The position numbers and the translations under genes are program-made. A DNA stretch of 64,000 bases from Mobula hypostoma (lineage: Eukaryota): contig NC_086097.1 in assembly GCF_963921235.1 (NCBI RefSeq), positions 28,522,001-28,586,000 of the forward strand. The letters are read 5' to 3'. The notes beneath the pieces are model-generated. The model was not told the origin of the DNA. It searched no databases and worked only from the letters and a program-made list of their open reading frames with translations. Positions 1-11,849 of this stretch are shown piece after piece; the stretch's first letter is position 1; each line of letters opens with the position of its first letter.

Positions 1-280
1 ACTCCAAGTTCAATCTAATGGTTAGACTGATCTTGGAGAAAGGCAAAAGGTCGATGAAAGAAAAATGCGGGGTTAGATTCTAATCCTTCCCTCCCACATA
101 AACGTCTATTTCTTTATCATCCCTGTGCCTATCTAAGAGTCTCTAAGATGTCCCTAATGTATCTGCCTCTAGAACAATCCCTGACAGTGTGTTCCACACA
201 CCCACCACTCTCTCTGTGAAAAACAACCCCCCTGCGTTTCAGGTTGAAACCCTATATCAGGATTTAACCCTATATCAGCA

Positions 281-1055
281 AATGTGCGCACGCGCTGGTC
301 GTGCATGCAGCCTGGTACAGCTGTTCCGATCTATTCTTTTACTTTCTTCTTACTTTTTAATTTACGTTATTTTTTGTATTTTTTTCTCACAATAACACAT
401 CGAAGCTGCACCCTCTCTAATATGCTGGTAGAGAGAGGTTTATTTGGGTTTTCTTTAGCGCTGGAAATGGTTACATCCCGACACGTGGGACAGAAGCAAG
501 GTCACATTGTGTATTCCACGGACCAGCAAATTCCGGTCGGCTGAAATCCGGAGGAAAACACACAGAGGGGGATCACAAAGCCGAGGAAAGAGGACCGGGT
601 CGAGACAACAGAGACTTTTGGAGAAGAGCAGTTCAGTGGGTAATACCGTTCCGGCTGACCGGAAGTGCACTGAGAGCGGTAAGCGTGAAGGGTTGGGGTG
701 ATTACTGATCTGGCTAACAATGGATGGTGCAATCTGGGGTATATTACGATCGAGGAATGTGTTTGCAGACTGGATATTGAACTTTTTACTGTTGGACTTC
801 GGCCACATTCCACCGAGATACAACACTGGGTGGCACAGGAGGTCGTTCCTGCCTGTGGCCATCGAACGTGCAGCTCCTCCCGTGGAGGGTCAGACACCCT
901 GAGCCAATAGACTGGTCCTGGACTTATTTTCCATCTGGCATAGTTTGCATTTTGTTGTTTGATTGTTGGTGGTTTTTGTATTGCTATATTTACGCTCTAT
1001 TCTTGGTTGGTACGGCTGTAACGAAACCCAATCTCCCTCAGGATCAATAAAGTAA

Positions 1056-1096
<41 letters not shown>
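281..1096 (+). mobile_element. Internally deleted Rex1/Babar-like LINE with (TCTA)n tail
   Basis: 830-1056 matches the 3' end of the Rex copy at 11620-11830. The 5' part encodes a basic segment RRKTHRGG..RGKRTGSRQQRLLEK. 5' edge approximate. Confidence 0.6.
1057..1096. repeat. (TCTA)10 microsatellite, LINE tail
   Basis: Read directly; follows AATAAA. Confidence 0.95.
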
Positions 1097-1654
1097 ACAT
1101 AGAACAACAGGCCATTCAGTCCAAGATGCTGAGTTGATCTTGATGCCAGTTTATACTAAATGCCCTCCCCCTGTTAATCATCCATTTCCCTTCATTCTTT
1201 TCATATTCACTTCCTCTTGAACTCCACCAAAGTGTCTGCTTCCACTACTAACCCCAGTAACCCAGTCCAGGCACCAGCACAAAAACTCACCTCTCACGCC
1301 ACCTTTAGACACCTCACCCTCTAACCTTAAAAGCATGCCCTCTGGTGTCTGACACTTACACCCAGGGGAAAGGATTCTGACTGTCTACCCTATCTATGCT
1401 TCTCAGAATTTTTGAAAATCCTCCATCAAGTTTCCCCTCAGGCTCCAAAGCGCAGGGACAGCAACCCAAGTTTGCCCAACCTTTCCTCATAGATCATTCC
1501 CTCTAGTCCAGCACCATCCTGGTGAACCTCTTCTGCACCCTCTTCATGTCCTTCCTGTAGCAGGGCTAAGATTTGCCAAGATTCCTCACTGGCTTCCCCA
1601 GCATTGAAGACATCTTCAAAAGGCCACGCCTCAGAAAGGTGTTATCCATCATTA

Positions 1655-1968
1655 GGCATCCGTTAGTCTTGTGAGACCATGGATCCATGCCTGGAAAGTC
1701 TTCACTCTCCAGGGTGCAGGCCTGGGCAAGGTTGTATGGAAAACTGGCAGTTGCCCATGCTGCAAGTCTCCCCTCTCCACGACACTGATGTTGTCCAAGG
1801 GAAGGGCGAGGGCCGATGCAGCTTGGCACCAGTGTCGTCGTAGAGCAATGTGTGATTAAGTGCCTTGCTCAAAGACACAACACACTGCCTCGGCTGGGGC
1901 TCGAACTCACGACCTTCAGATCGCCAGTTCAAAGCCTTAACCACTTGGCCACGTGCCCACACTAAGGA
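1655..1968 (-). mobile_element. tRNA-derived SINE, copy 1
   Basis: Head gggcacgtggccaagtggttaagg...gagttcgagcc has A and B boxes. TSD ccatcatta at 1646-1654 and 1969-1977. Confidence 0.85.
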
Positions 1969-2313
1969 CCATCATTAAGGACCCCCTTTACCCAGGATAT
2001 TCTCATGGCTGCCATCAGGGAGGAGGCACAGGACCTGAAGACACACACTCAATGCTTTAGGAACAGCTTCTTCCCCCAATGTATTGCACCATACTGCTGC
2101 TGCAAAACAACAAATTTCACAACATACAATGACATCAAACCTGATTCTGAGTCTGATTCTAAGGTTCCAGCATGGACACCCTTGCAGCGTACAATCATGC
2201 CAACGTACGCGACCCAGAGGGTTACAATACTACGTCTCTCCTCCTCTCTGCCCATGCATGATATCCCCGGCCCTCGTGGGGCTACACCTTGGGGTCCCAC
2301 CAGCCGGACTCAC

Positions 2314-2493
2314 GTTCCTCTCCACCTCGATGACAGTGTCCTTCACTTTCAGCAGCTCCAGCGTGGTCTCCCGGCTTTCCCTCTCCCACTTCTCCTTCTC
2401 TGCGCCGCTGGGCGGGCAGGCAGCTACCGGGGAGTTCAGCGAATGCTTCTCCTCCTCCTGACGCTGCAGTAGCGCTTCCAGATTCCACTTCAC
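2314..2493 (-). CDS. CCDC88C: CCDC88-family exon 10 of 10 (180 nt); gene continues beyond position 1
   Basis: tcccag| and |gtgagt. VKWNLEALLQRQEEEK...KWERESRETTLELLKVKDTVIEVERN. Confidence 0.92.
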
Positions 2494-2789
2494 CTGGGAA
2501 ACGCGGGGCATGATGAGAGAGTTACAGACTTTAAAGGAAAAGGTTTGAAAGGTTAGCCTTACTTGCAACAACAAAACGTACAGTGAAATGTGCCGTTTGC
2601 ATCAACGACCAACACAGTCTTAGTCCACTTGATTACTTATTCAGATCGATTTGCCACACGCACATCGGAACATTGAAATGTGGTGAAATGTTTCATCTTG
2701 TGTCGATGACCGACACAGTCAGAGAATGTGCTGGGGGCAGCCCGCAAGTGTCGCCATGCTTCCAGCACCAACGTAGCATGTCCAGGACT

Positions 2790-2935
2790 CCCTGAGTCTT
2801 TGGACTGTGGGAGGAAACCGGAGCACCCGGAGGGAACCCGAGCGGTCACGGGGAGAACACACAAACTCCTTACAGACAGCAGCAGGAATTGAACCCCAGT
2901 CACTAACACCGTACTAGCATTACACCAACTGCTAT
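2790..2935 (-). mobile_element. V-SINE/HE1-like SINE fragment (relatives at about 4125-4320, 13235-13505, 55950-56120, 57850-58040)
   Basis: Conserved core tgtgggaggaaaccggagcacccgga...ggagaacacacaaactcc, repeated in the window. Confidence 0.75.
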
Positions 2936-2953
2936 GCTACAGAAGATAAGCAA

Positions 2954-3078
2954 ACAACAGGAATTCTGCAGATGCTGGAAATTCAAGCAACACACATCAA
3001 AGTTGCTGGTGAACACAGCAGACCAGGCAGCATCTCTAGGAAGAGGTACAGTCGACGTTTCAGGCCGAGACCCTTCGT
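2954..3078 (-). mobile_element. Short PLE terminal-repeat insertion with hammerhead core
   Basis: TSD cagaagataagcaa at 2940-2953 and 3079-3092. Near-identical to 25369-25470 and 63777-63881. Confidence 0.8.
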
Positions 3079-3460
3079 CAGAAGATAAGCAACCTGGTTA
3101 GCGGATACTGAGTCACACTACAGCTTTGCAGACGAAGGAACCCAAGGGCAAGGCACTGGGTATGGTTAAAGCAGAGTTTGACAAGTTTATGATTATTAAG
3201 GGTGTCAAAGGTTGTGGGAGAAGGTGGGAGAATGGAGTTGAGGGGGAAAATAATCAGCCATGATGGAATGGCAGAACAGACTCGATGGGCCGAAAAGCCT
3301 AAACCTGCTCCTACGTCTTATGGTCTAAGTTACGAAAAGTTTACAAACAGGTGATTTTACAAACTATAAGGAAGCATAAAGCAAGCTAAGATCACCAGGA
3401 AAAACACAATAAAAATAACAACCTGGGCCCTAATCCAACAGGAGAGATCTTCCTCCTTAC

Positions 3461-3602
3461 CGTGCTCAGCTCACTACGCAGTTGCTGGTTCAGGTTGCTG
3501 GACTCAGCCAGTCGGGACTCGAGTGCCTGGACTTTCTCCTCCTTGATGTCTAGTGTTTTCTTCAGCGTAGATTCAATCCTGGTCTCCAGGAGCCTGTATT
3601 TA
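3461..3602 (-). CDS. CCDC88C: CCDC88-family exon 9 of 10 (142 nt)
   Basis: cttcag| and |gtaagg. (N)KYRLLETRIESTLKKTLDIKEEKVQALESRLAESSNLNQQLRSELST; entry phase matches. Confidence 0.92.
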
Positions 3603-3984
3603 CTGAAGACAACATAAAAAACCAGAAATGTTGGTCTTTGGCATGTCAAACTCACCCTTGTGATTAATACATGAAAGAAGCCAAGATTTTTATTCTTCAG
3701 CCTCCCGACAAATCCCTTCTCCATCAATTGCTCAACTCCAAGCAACTGCTGGGTCGGTCCCCTTCTGCACGGAGAAATCGACCTTTTTATTGTCACATGT
3801 ACCTATGTACACTGAAAAACTGTTCTGCATGCCGTACTTTATTGATCCATACTTTATTGATCCCAGGGGGAAATTGGTTGTGGTAGTTGTGGTATTGGTT
3901 GTGACATTGTGGTAGTACACAGGAAAACAATAACAGCGTGCAGAATAAAATGTTACAGTTACAGAGAAAGTGCACTACAGGAAG

Positions 3985-4066
3985 ATTGCGATGGCTGAGT
4001 GGTTAAAGTGTTGGACTTGAAATCCAATGAGGATATCCCACACAGGTTCAAAGCTTGCTCACAAAA
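3985..4066 (+). pseudogene. tRNA-Ser(TGA) pseudogene
   Basis: gcgatggctgagtggttaaagtgttggacTTGAAAtccaat...caggttcaaagcttgctc is colinear with vertebrate tRNA-Ser(UGA). Acceptor stem is broken and TTCGA has become TTCAA. Confidence 0.85.
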
Positions 4067-4596
4067 CTTACACTGCAGGCACCAGGACTGGGCAACTGAC
4101 TACCTCTAGTAATTTTAGAGTGCCACTGTAGCACAGGTGCTAGTGCAACGCTATTGCAGTTTAAAAAGTTCCCAGTTCATTTCTGGCACCGCCACTAAGG
4201 AGTTTGCACATCCTCCCCGTGAACAGAGTGGGTTTCCTCCACAGGCTCCAGTTTCCTCCCACAGTCCAAAGACGGACTGGTTAGTAGGATAATTGGTCAT
4301 TGTAAATTGTCCTGTGATTTGCCAATGCCCCCCACTCTGTAAGAAGGGAGGAAGACAGAAGAAACAAAATAATTAGCCTGTTAGCCTGACTTCAGTGGTT
4401 GGAATGGTTGCTTTCTATTGTTAAGAATGATGTTTCAGGGTACTTGGAAGCACATGATAAAATAGGCCAAAGTCAGCAGGGTTTTCAGAAGGCCTTCGAC
4501 AAGGTGCCGCACATGTCCTTGCCCACGGTATTACAGGCAAGCTACCAGCATGGGTAGAAGATTGGTTGGCTGGCAGGAGGCAAAGAATGGGGGAAA

Positions 4597-4734
4597 GCAA
4601 CACTCACAACACGCTGGAGGGTTCCGGCCCGAAACGTTGACTGATTGTTTTCACGGATGCTGCCCAACCTGCTGAGTTCCTCCAGCATGTTGTGAGTGTT
4701 ACTTTGACCCCAGCATCTGCAGATTATTTTGTTT
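4597..4734 (+). mobile_element. PLE terminal-repeat fragment inside CR1
   Basis: TSD aaagaatgggggaaa at 4582-4596 and 4735-4749. Confidence 0.75.
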
Positions 4735-4786
4735 AAAGAATGGGGGAAAAAGGGGGCCTATTCTGGTTGGCTGCTGTTGACTAGTG

Positions 4787-5438
4787 TAGGGGTCCTCAAC
4801 CTTTTTTGCACCGCGGACCAGTTTAATATTGACAATATTCTTGTGGACCGGTTGACCGGGTGGGGGGTGTTCAGGTAGGGTTGCCAACTTTCTCACTCCC
4901 AAAGAAGGAACAAAAGTAGCAGTCAAATACGGGACACTTGTGTTTACCCAGAGAAAGACTAACATGACCATGAAGCCTTGCGCGGGCACCTGAGCGCGCA
5001 TGCGTGAGTGACGTGCACGTACATGACGTGCGTATGCGTGTACGTGCCGATTTTTTTCTACAAATCGGTTTTGGCTTAATCTTCCCGATTCTGTTAAGTG
5101 AAACTACACTGTACATACATTATTTCTACTTTATGTAGGCTGTGTATTTATCACATCAATCCTGCTTTTACTATATGTTAGTGTCATCTTAGGTTTTATG
5201 TGTTATTTGGTATGATTTGGTAGGTTATGTTTTGGGTCTGGGAACGCTCAAAAATTTTTCCCATATAAATTAATGGTAACTGCTTCTTCACTTTACGCCA
5301 TTTCGGCCTATGGACGGTTTCATAGGAACGTTCTACCTTAGCGGGGGAAATACGGGACAAGGGCAGTCTCATATGGGACAAACCAATTTAGCCCAATATA
5401 CGGGATGTCCCCTCGCATCCAGTGGTTGGGGACTACTG
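4787..5438. mobile_element. Non-autonomous hAT (Charlie-like) element
   Basis: 8-bp TSD gactagtg at 4779-4786 and 5439-5446. Imperfect TIRs taggggtcctcaacc and ggttggggactactg. Confidence 0.85.
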
Positions 5439-7586
5439 GACTAGTGGTGTGCTGCAAGGATCAGTGTTGGGACCACTGCTTTTCACGTTACATGTCAATG
5501 ATTTAGATGACACAATTGATGGCTTTGTGCCCAGTCTTGAGGATGATATGAAGATAGGTGGAGGAGCAGGTAGTATTGAGGAAGCAGCGTGTCTGCAGAA
5601 GGACCAAGACAGATTGGGCAGATAGGCAGAGGAACGTCAGATATAATGTAGTGCAGCGAAGTGTATGGTCATGACTTTGACATTTCCAAATGGGGAGAAA
5701 ATTCAAAAATCAGTGGTACAAGGGGACTTGGGAGTCCTTCTGCAGGATTCCCTAAAGGTTAACTTGCAGTTTGAATCGGTGGTAAGGAAGGCAAATGCAA
5801 TGCTAGCATTCATTTTGAGAGGAATAGAATACAAAAGCAAGGATTAATGCTGACGCTTTATTAAGTATTGGTCAGACTGCACTTGAATTATTGTAAGCAG
5901 TTTTGGCCCCTTTATCTAAGAAAGGATGTGTTGGCATTGGGACGTTGCAAAGTAAGTTCACGAGAATGGTCCCAGGAATGAACAACGTAACATATGAGAA
6001 GTGTTTGATGGCTCTGAGCCTGTACTCGCTGGAGTTCAGAAGAGTGAGGAGGGATCTCATTGAAACCTATCAAATATTGAAAAGCCTAGATAGAGTGGAC
6101 TGTGGAGAGGATGTTTCCTATAGTGTGGGTGCCTAGGACCAGAGGGCACAGCATTAGAATTGAGGGAAGTCCGTTTAGAACAGAGATGAGGAAAAGTTTC
6201 TTTAGCCAGCGGATGGTGAATCTGTGGAATTCATTGCCACAGACGGCTGTGGAGGTCAAGTCGTTAGGTATATTTAAAGCAGAGGTTGATAGGTTCTTAA
6301 TTAATCAGGGCATCAAAGGTTACAGGAGAAGGCAAGAGAATGGAGCTGAGAGGGATAATAAATCAGCCATGATGGAATAGCAGAGCAGACTCAATGGGCC
6401 AAATGGCCTAATTCTGCTCCTGCGTCTATGGTCTTACGTTTAGGCTAGTGCAAAATAGGTGGGTTGCAGGGCAGTGTGGCTCGTTGGACTGGAAAAGCCT
6501 GTTCTACCTGTACCCCGAAATAAATAAAGACAATACAGCCCATGGCCATAATGAGGTCAAAAATCCACCTTATTGTACTATTGCTGTTGTGCGATAGGAG
6601 CTGTCCTTGAACCCAGTGATATGTGCTTTCAGGCTCTTGTATCTTCTGTTGATGGGATGGGGAGGAGAGAAAATGTCCGGTGGGTTGGGGAAGAGGGTGG
6701 GGTTAACTGCTTCACTGAACCAGTGAGCAATGTAGATTGAATCCATGGGGGAGGCTAGTTTCTGTGCTGAGTCCACACCACATTTTCTTGCAGTCACAGG
6801 CAGAGCAGTTGCCATAACAAGCCACGATGTATCTGGACCGGTTGATTTTTATGGTGCAACAATAAAAGTTGACACGCCAAATTTCTTTGGCTACCTGTGA
6901 GAGGAGACGTGCTATGAGCTCATGTGACCATGGCATCCACATGGTAGGACCAGGGCAGACTTTTGGACCAAGAGGAAGGAAGATCAGGGAGGCCAGACTG
7001 ATTGATAAATACTAAAAAGGGGTGCTGGCGATGGGGCTTCCGGATGATAAATGAAATGGGAAGCTACAGCATTTTTATAGCAGCTTTCACTGTACCTCAA
7101 TGTATTTAAAATGGAAGAAATCTAATTCCCAATTTACACTCAGAAAGATCCCACTAACGGTAACCTTTATAATGTCTGGGTAACTTAATTTGGTGTTTTA
7201 TTCATCCAGGAAAACAAGTCGTTCTTTATGTTGGGATCTTTGACTTCTGCTAAGAGAGTAATTAGGCATCTTATAGAGTCATAGAACAGTACAGCACTGA
7301 AACAGGCCCTTCGCCCTTCTAGTCCGTGCTGGACCATTTAAACTGCCTACTATACCCCATCCAAACTTCTCTTAAACGTTGAAATCGAGCTTGCATGCTC
7401 CACTTGTGCTGGCAGCTCATTCCACACTCTCACCACCCTCCGAATGAAGGTAACGGTGGGATTGCAGGGGCGGCACCCCTCTTCGGGTTAGTGGAGGAAA
7501 GTTTGCCCTTGCTAGGTATGGCGTGGCTCTCACCTTGTTCTCTGAGCCGGACACCCCCTCTCTTCACGTTTGCCTCAGGACCACTA

Positions 7587-7892
7587 AATAAAGGCATCCG
7601 TTAGTCTTGCGAGACCATGCATCTGCGCCTGGAAAGTCTTCACTCTTGCAGGCCTGGGCAAGGTTGTATGGAAGACCAGCAGTTGCCCATGCTGCAAGTC
7701 TCCCCTCTCCACGACACCAATGTTGTCTAAGGGAAGGGCATACAGCTTGGCACCAGTGTCGTCGCACAGCAATGTGTGATTAAGTGCCTTGCTCAAGGAC
7801 ACGTTGCCTCGGCTGGGGCTCGAACTCACGACCTTCAGGTAGCTAATCCAATGCCTTAACCACTTGGCCACGTGCCCACTATAACATCTACA
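7587..7892 (-). mobile_element. tRNA-derived SINE, copy 2
   Basis: Same family as 1655-1968. TSD tcaggaccacta at 7575-7586 and 7893-7904. Confidence 0.85.
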
Positions 7893-8994
7893 TCAGGACC
7901 ACTACACCATCATCAAAGAATGAGAGAAACACTCAGCAGAATCACAGGCCGTTATCGTCCACCTCGTCCGTGGCAACTGCGGTACTTCTCTGTTCTAATC
8001 CCAACTGCATGTATCCTCCTAAGCCTCTCCTATCCACCATGAAAGATGAGGAGTGACTTGACGGAGGTGTATAAAATTATGAAGGGCGCAGAGTGGACTG
8101 TCACTGCCCTTCTCCCAGGGTGACAAACAATGTCCATCTAAGATGAGTGGAGGAAAGTTTAAGGGGGAAAGTCAGAGGTAGGTTTAATACACAGAGTGGT
8201 GGGTGTGTGGACTGCACTGCCGGGAATGGTGGTAGAGGCTGATATATTAGGGGATATTTAGAGGACTCTAAGATGGGCACATGGATGATAGAAAAATGGA
8301 GGGTTACGGGCTGTGTAGGAGAGAGAGGATTGATCTTGGTGTAAGTTATAAAGTTGGCACATCTTGGAATGAAGGGCTTGTACTGTGCTATGTTCTAAGA
8401 CAACACACACTCCCTTGGACTCTGTTACAAGCATCAGGATAGATTTTTGTACTCAAACGTCTGACGGGTGAATGGCAAAGACAGAAATGAACTCATAATT
8501 CCATTTAAATAATATATCACTAATACTGTCCTGCTGAAGGGCCCCAACCTGAAATGTCGACTGTAAGGAGCTACACGTGCCTGAATATGCATGCGATGTT
8601 TTAGGAACAGCTTCTTCCTCTCTGCCATCAGGTTTCTGAACAGTCCATGATCACAGCATCACTCTTACTCTTCTGCAGCACTTATCTGGTTTTTTAAATT
8701 GTAATTTACAGTAACTTCTTCTGCATTGCACTGTACTGCTGCCAAAAAAACTAATTTCACAACATACATCAGTGAAAATAAACCTGATTCTGATTTTCCT
8801 ACGTGTCCAAGCGTCGAGGTTCACGTTCTTGAAACTGGAAATTAAAGACTGATGAAATCCATTCAGTTAAACAGGTAACTACGGAGTTAAAAAACAAGGC
8901 CCCAGTCGAATCCAGTGTCATTCATCTGCACAGATTATTGATTGAAGGGTCAAATTTACAGCATACTTTGGCCATGTTTCGTCAATTCCTGCTA

Positions 8995-9013
8995 GAGCCA
9001 CTAGATGGGGCGG
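8995..9013 (+). promoter_or_regulatory. Candidate CTCF site
   Basis: gagCCACTAGATGGGGCgg resembles the CTCF core; lies next to a CpG-rich non-repetitive patch. Confidence 0.45.
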
Positions 9014-9586
9014 TTGACCACAGCGAGAACAGTCCCAGCTCAGACGCCGGACTGACGATGTTATGAGGGCGGCCGCTCCAGAGCCTGGCTAGTCCTGCTC
9101 GCGGCGAGACGCGGCGTCCTGAACAGCTGCTGGCTGCAGAGCCTCATTTCACTATCACCTCACTCACAGTCTCACACCAAAGAAGTTCAGCCTGAACTGG
9201 ACCACAAGAGGACTGGGGGGAGGGGTCCCAGTGAAAGACTGAGAAAGAATTGAACATAGATCTTCAGAATCAGAATCAGATTTAATTTCACTGACTTTGA
9301 AGGCATGAAATTTGCAGTATAGTGCAAAAGCATAACCTTACTAGCTTAGAACAGTACAGTACCTTCGACCCATGACATTGTGCCAACTTTTTAACCTACT
9401 CTAATATCCCTTCTCTCCAACATGGCCTCCATTTTTCTTTCTTCCATGTCCCTATTTAAGAGCCTCTTAAATATCCTGAGTGAATCTGCTTCTATCACCA
9501 ACCCTAGCATCACATTTTACACACCCACACCTCTGTGTAAAATACCTACCCCTGACAAGTCCCTCCCCCAATAATTTCCTCATCCA

Positions 9587-10497
9587 TAAGACATAGGAGC
9601 AGAATTAGGCTATTCAGCCCATCGAGTCCACTCTGCCATTTCATCATGGCTGATCCCATATTCATTCAACCTCATACACCTGCCCTCTCACCATATCCCT
9701 TGACGCACCAGCCAGTCAGGAATCTATCAACTTCCGCTTTGAATATACCCGCGGACTTGGACTCCACCGTGGACCGTAGCAGGACACTCGGGACATTCAC
9801 CACTCTTTGGCTAAAAAAGAAAATTCTCCTTACTTGTGTTCTAAAAGGTCACCCCTCAATTTGAGGCTGTAGCCTCTAGTTCTGGATACCCCCACATAGG
9901 AAACATCCTCTCCACATCCACCCTATCTAGTCCTTTCAACACCTGGTAGGTTTCAATGTGATCCCCCCACTCACATTTTGCTAAATTCCAATGAGTACAG
10001 GCTCAAAGCTGCCTAATGCTCCTTATATGTTAACCTCTTTATTCCCGGAATCATCCTCGTGAACCTCCCTGGACTCTTTCCAATGACAATATATCCTTTC
10101 TGAGTAATGGGGCCCAAAACTGTTGACAATACTCCAAGTGCAGCCTGACTAATGCCTTATAAAGTCTCAACATTATGTCCTTGCTTTTTATATTCTATTC
10201 CCCTTGAGATGAATGCCAACATTTCACTTGCCTTCTTTGACAGACTCAACCTGTGAATTAACCCTCTTGAAGTCCTGCACAAGGACTTCCAAGTCCCTCT
10301 GCAACTGTGAAGTTTGAACCTTCTCCCCATTTAGATAATAGTCCACACTATTGTTCCTTTTACCAAAATGCATTATCATACATTTCCCAACACTGTATTC
10401 CATCTGCCACTTTTTTGTCCATTTATCCAATTTGTCTAAGTCCTGCTGCAATCGCATTGCTTCCTCAGCACTGCCTACCCCTCCACCTATCTTCTTC
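9587..10497 (-). mobile_element. CR1 3' fragment
   Basis: KIGGGVGS...DLDKLDKWTKKWQMEYSVGKC; cttatg tail. Confidence 0.85.
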
Positions 10498-10953
10498 ACC
10501 TTAAAATTATGCTCTCTCAAGTTCACCCTTTCTTCCCTTGCAAAAAGTCTCTGGCTGTCCACTTCATCAATGCCTCTTATCATGTTACAGAAACATAGAA
10601 ATCTACAGCACATTACAGGCCCTTCGGCCCACAGTGTTGTGCTGACCGTGCAACCTACTCTAGAAGCTGCCTAGAATTTCCCTAATGTGTTGCCATCTAT
10701 TTTTCTAAGCTCCTTGTACCTATCGAAGAGTCTCTTAAAAGACCCAATTGCATCTGCCTCTATCACCGTCACTGGCAGTACATTCCTCGCAACCACCACA
10801 CTCTGTGAAAAACTTAGCTTTGACACTCCCCTTGTACCTAATTCCAAACATCTTAAAACTGTGCCCCCTTTTGTTAGCCATTTCAGCCCTGGGAAAGAAC
10901 CTCCGGTTATCCACACAATCAATGCCTCTCATCCATCTTATACACCTCTATAA

Positions 10954-11849
10954 CCTGCACAGAGTCTTGTCATCTTCTGAAGTTTTCGGATGACTCTGCC
11001 GTAGTTGGATGCATCAGCAAGGGAGATGAGGCTGAGTACAGGGCTACAGTAGGAAACTTTGTCACATGGTGTGAGCAGAATTATCTGCAGCTTAATGTGA
11101 AAAAGACTAAGGAGCTGGTGGTAGACCTGAGGAGAGCTAAGGTACCGGTGACCCCTGTTTCCATCCAGGGGGTCAGTGTGGACATGGTGGAGGATTACAA
11201 ATACCTGGGGATACGAATTGACAAAAACTGGACTGGTCAAAGAACACTGAGGCTGTCTACCAGAAGGGTCAGAGCCGTCTCTATTTCCTGAGGAGACTGA
11301 GGTCCTTTAACATCTGCCGGATGATGCTGAGGATGTTCTACGAGTCTGTGGTGGCCAGTGCTATCATGTTTGCTGTTGTGTGCTGGGCAGCAGGCTGAGG
11401 GTGGCAGACACCAACAGAATCAACAAACTCATTCGTAAGGCCAGTGATGATGTGGGGATGGAACTGGACTGTCTCACGGTGGTGTCTGAAAAGAGGATGC
11501 TGTCTAAGTTGCAAGCCATCTTGGTCAATGTCTCCCATCCACTACATAATGTACTGGGTGGGCACAGGAGTACATTCAGCCAGAGACTCATTCCACCGAG
11601 ATGCAACACAGAGCGTCATGGGAAGTCATTCCTGCCTGTGGCCATCAAACTTTACAACTTCTCCCTTGGAGGGTCAGACACCCTGAGCCAATAGGCCGGT
11701 CCTGGACTTATTTCATAATTTACCGGCATAATTTACATATTACTATTTAACTATTTATGGTTCTTTTACTATTTATTATTTATGGTGCAACTGTAACGAA
11801 AACCAGTTCCCCCGGGATCAATAAAATATGACTATGACTATGACTATAA
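10954..11849 (+). mobile_element. 5'-truncated Rex1/Babar LINE inserted in a CR1 fragment
   Basis: KFSDDSAVVGCISKGDEAEYR...LQLNVKKTKELVVD. AATAAA then (TATGAC)n tail; ctataa at both junctions. Confidence 0.85.

Larger units (their letters stand above)
4340..6436 (+). mobile_element. Degenerate CR1 LINE (RT and 3' end), interrupted by two insertions
   Basis: [43 protein letters not shown]; tail tatggtctta. Confidence 0.9.

Noticed and set aside
1880..1958. Functional tRNA gene (also about 7805-7877)
   Set aside because: SINE head followed by a shared body and flanked by TSDs.
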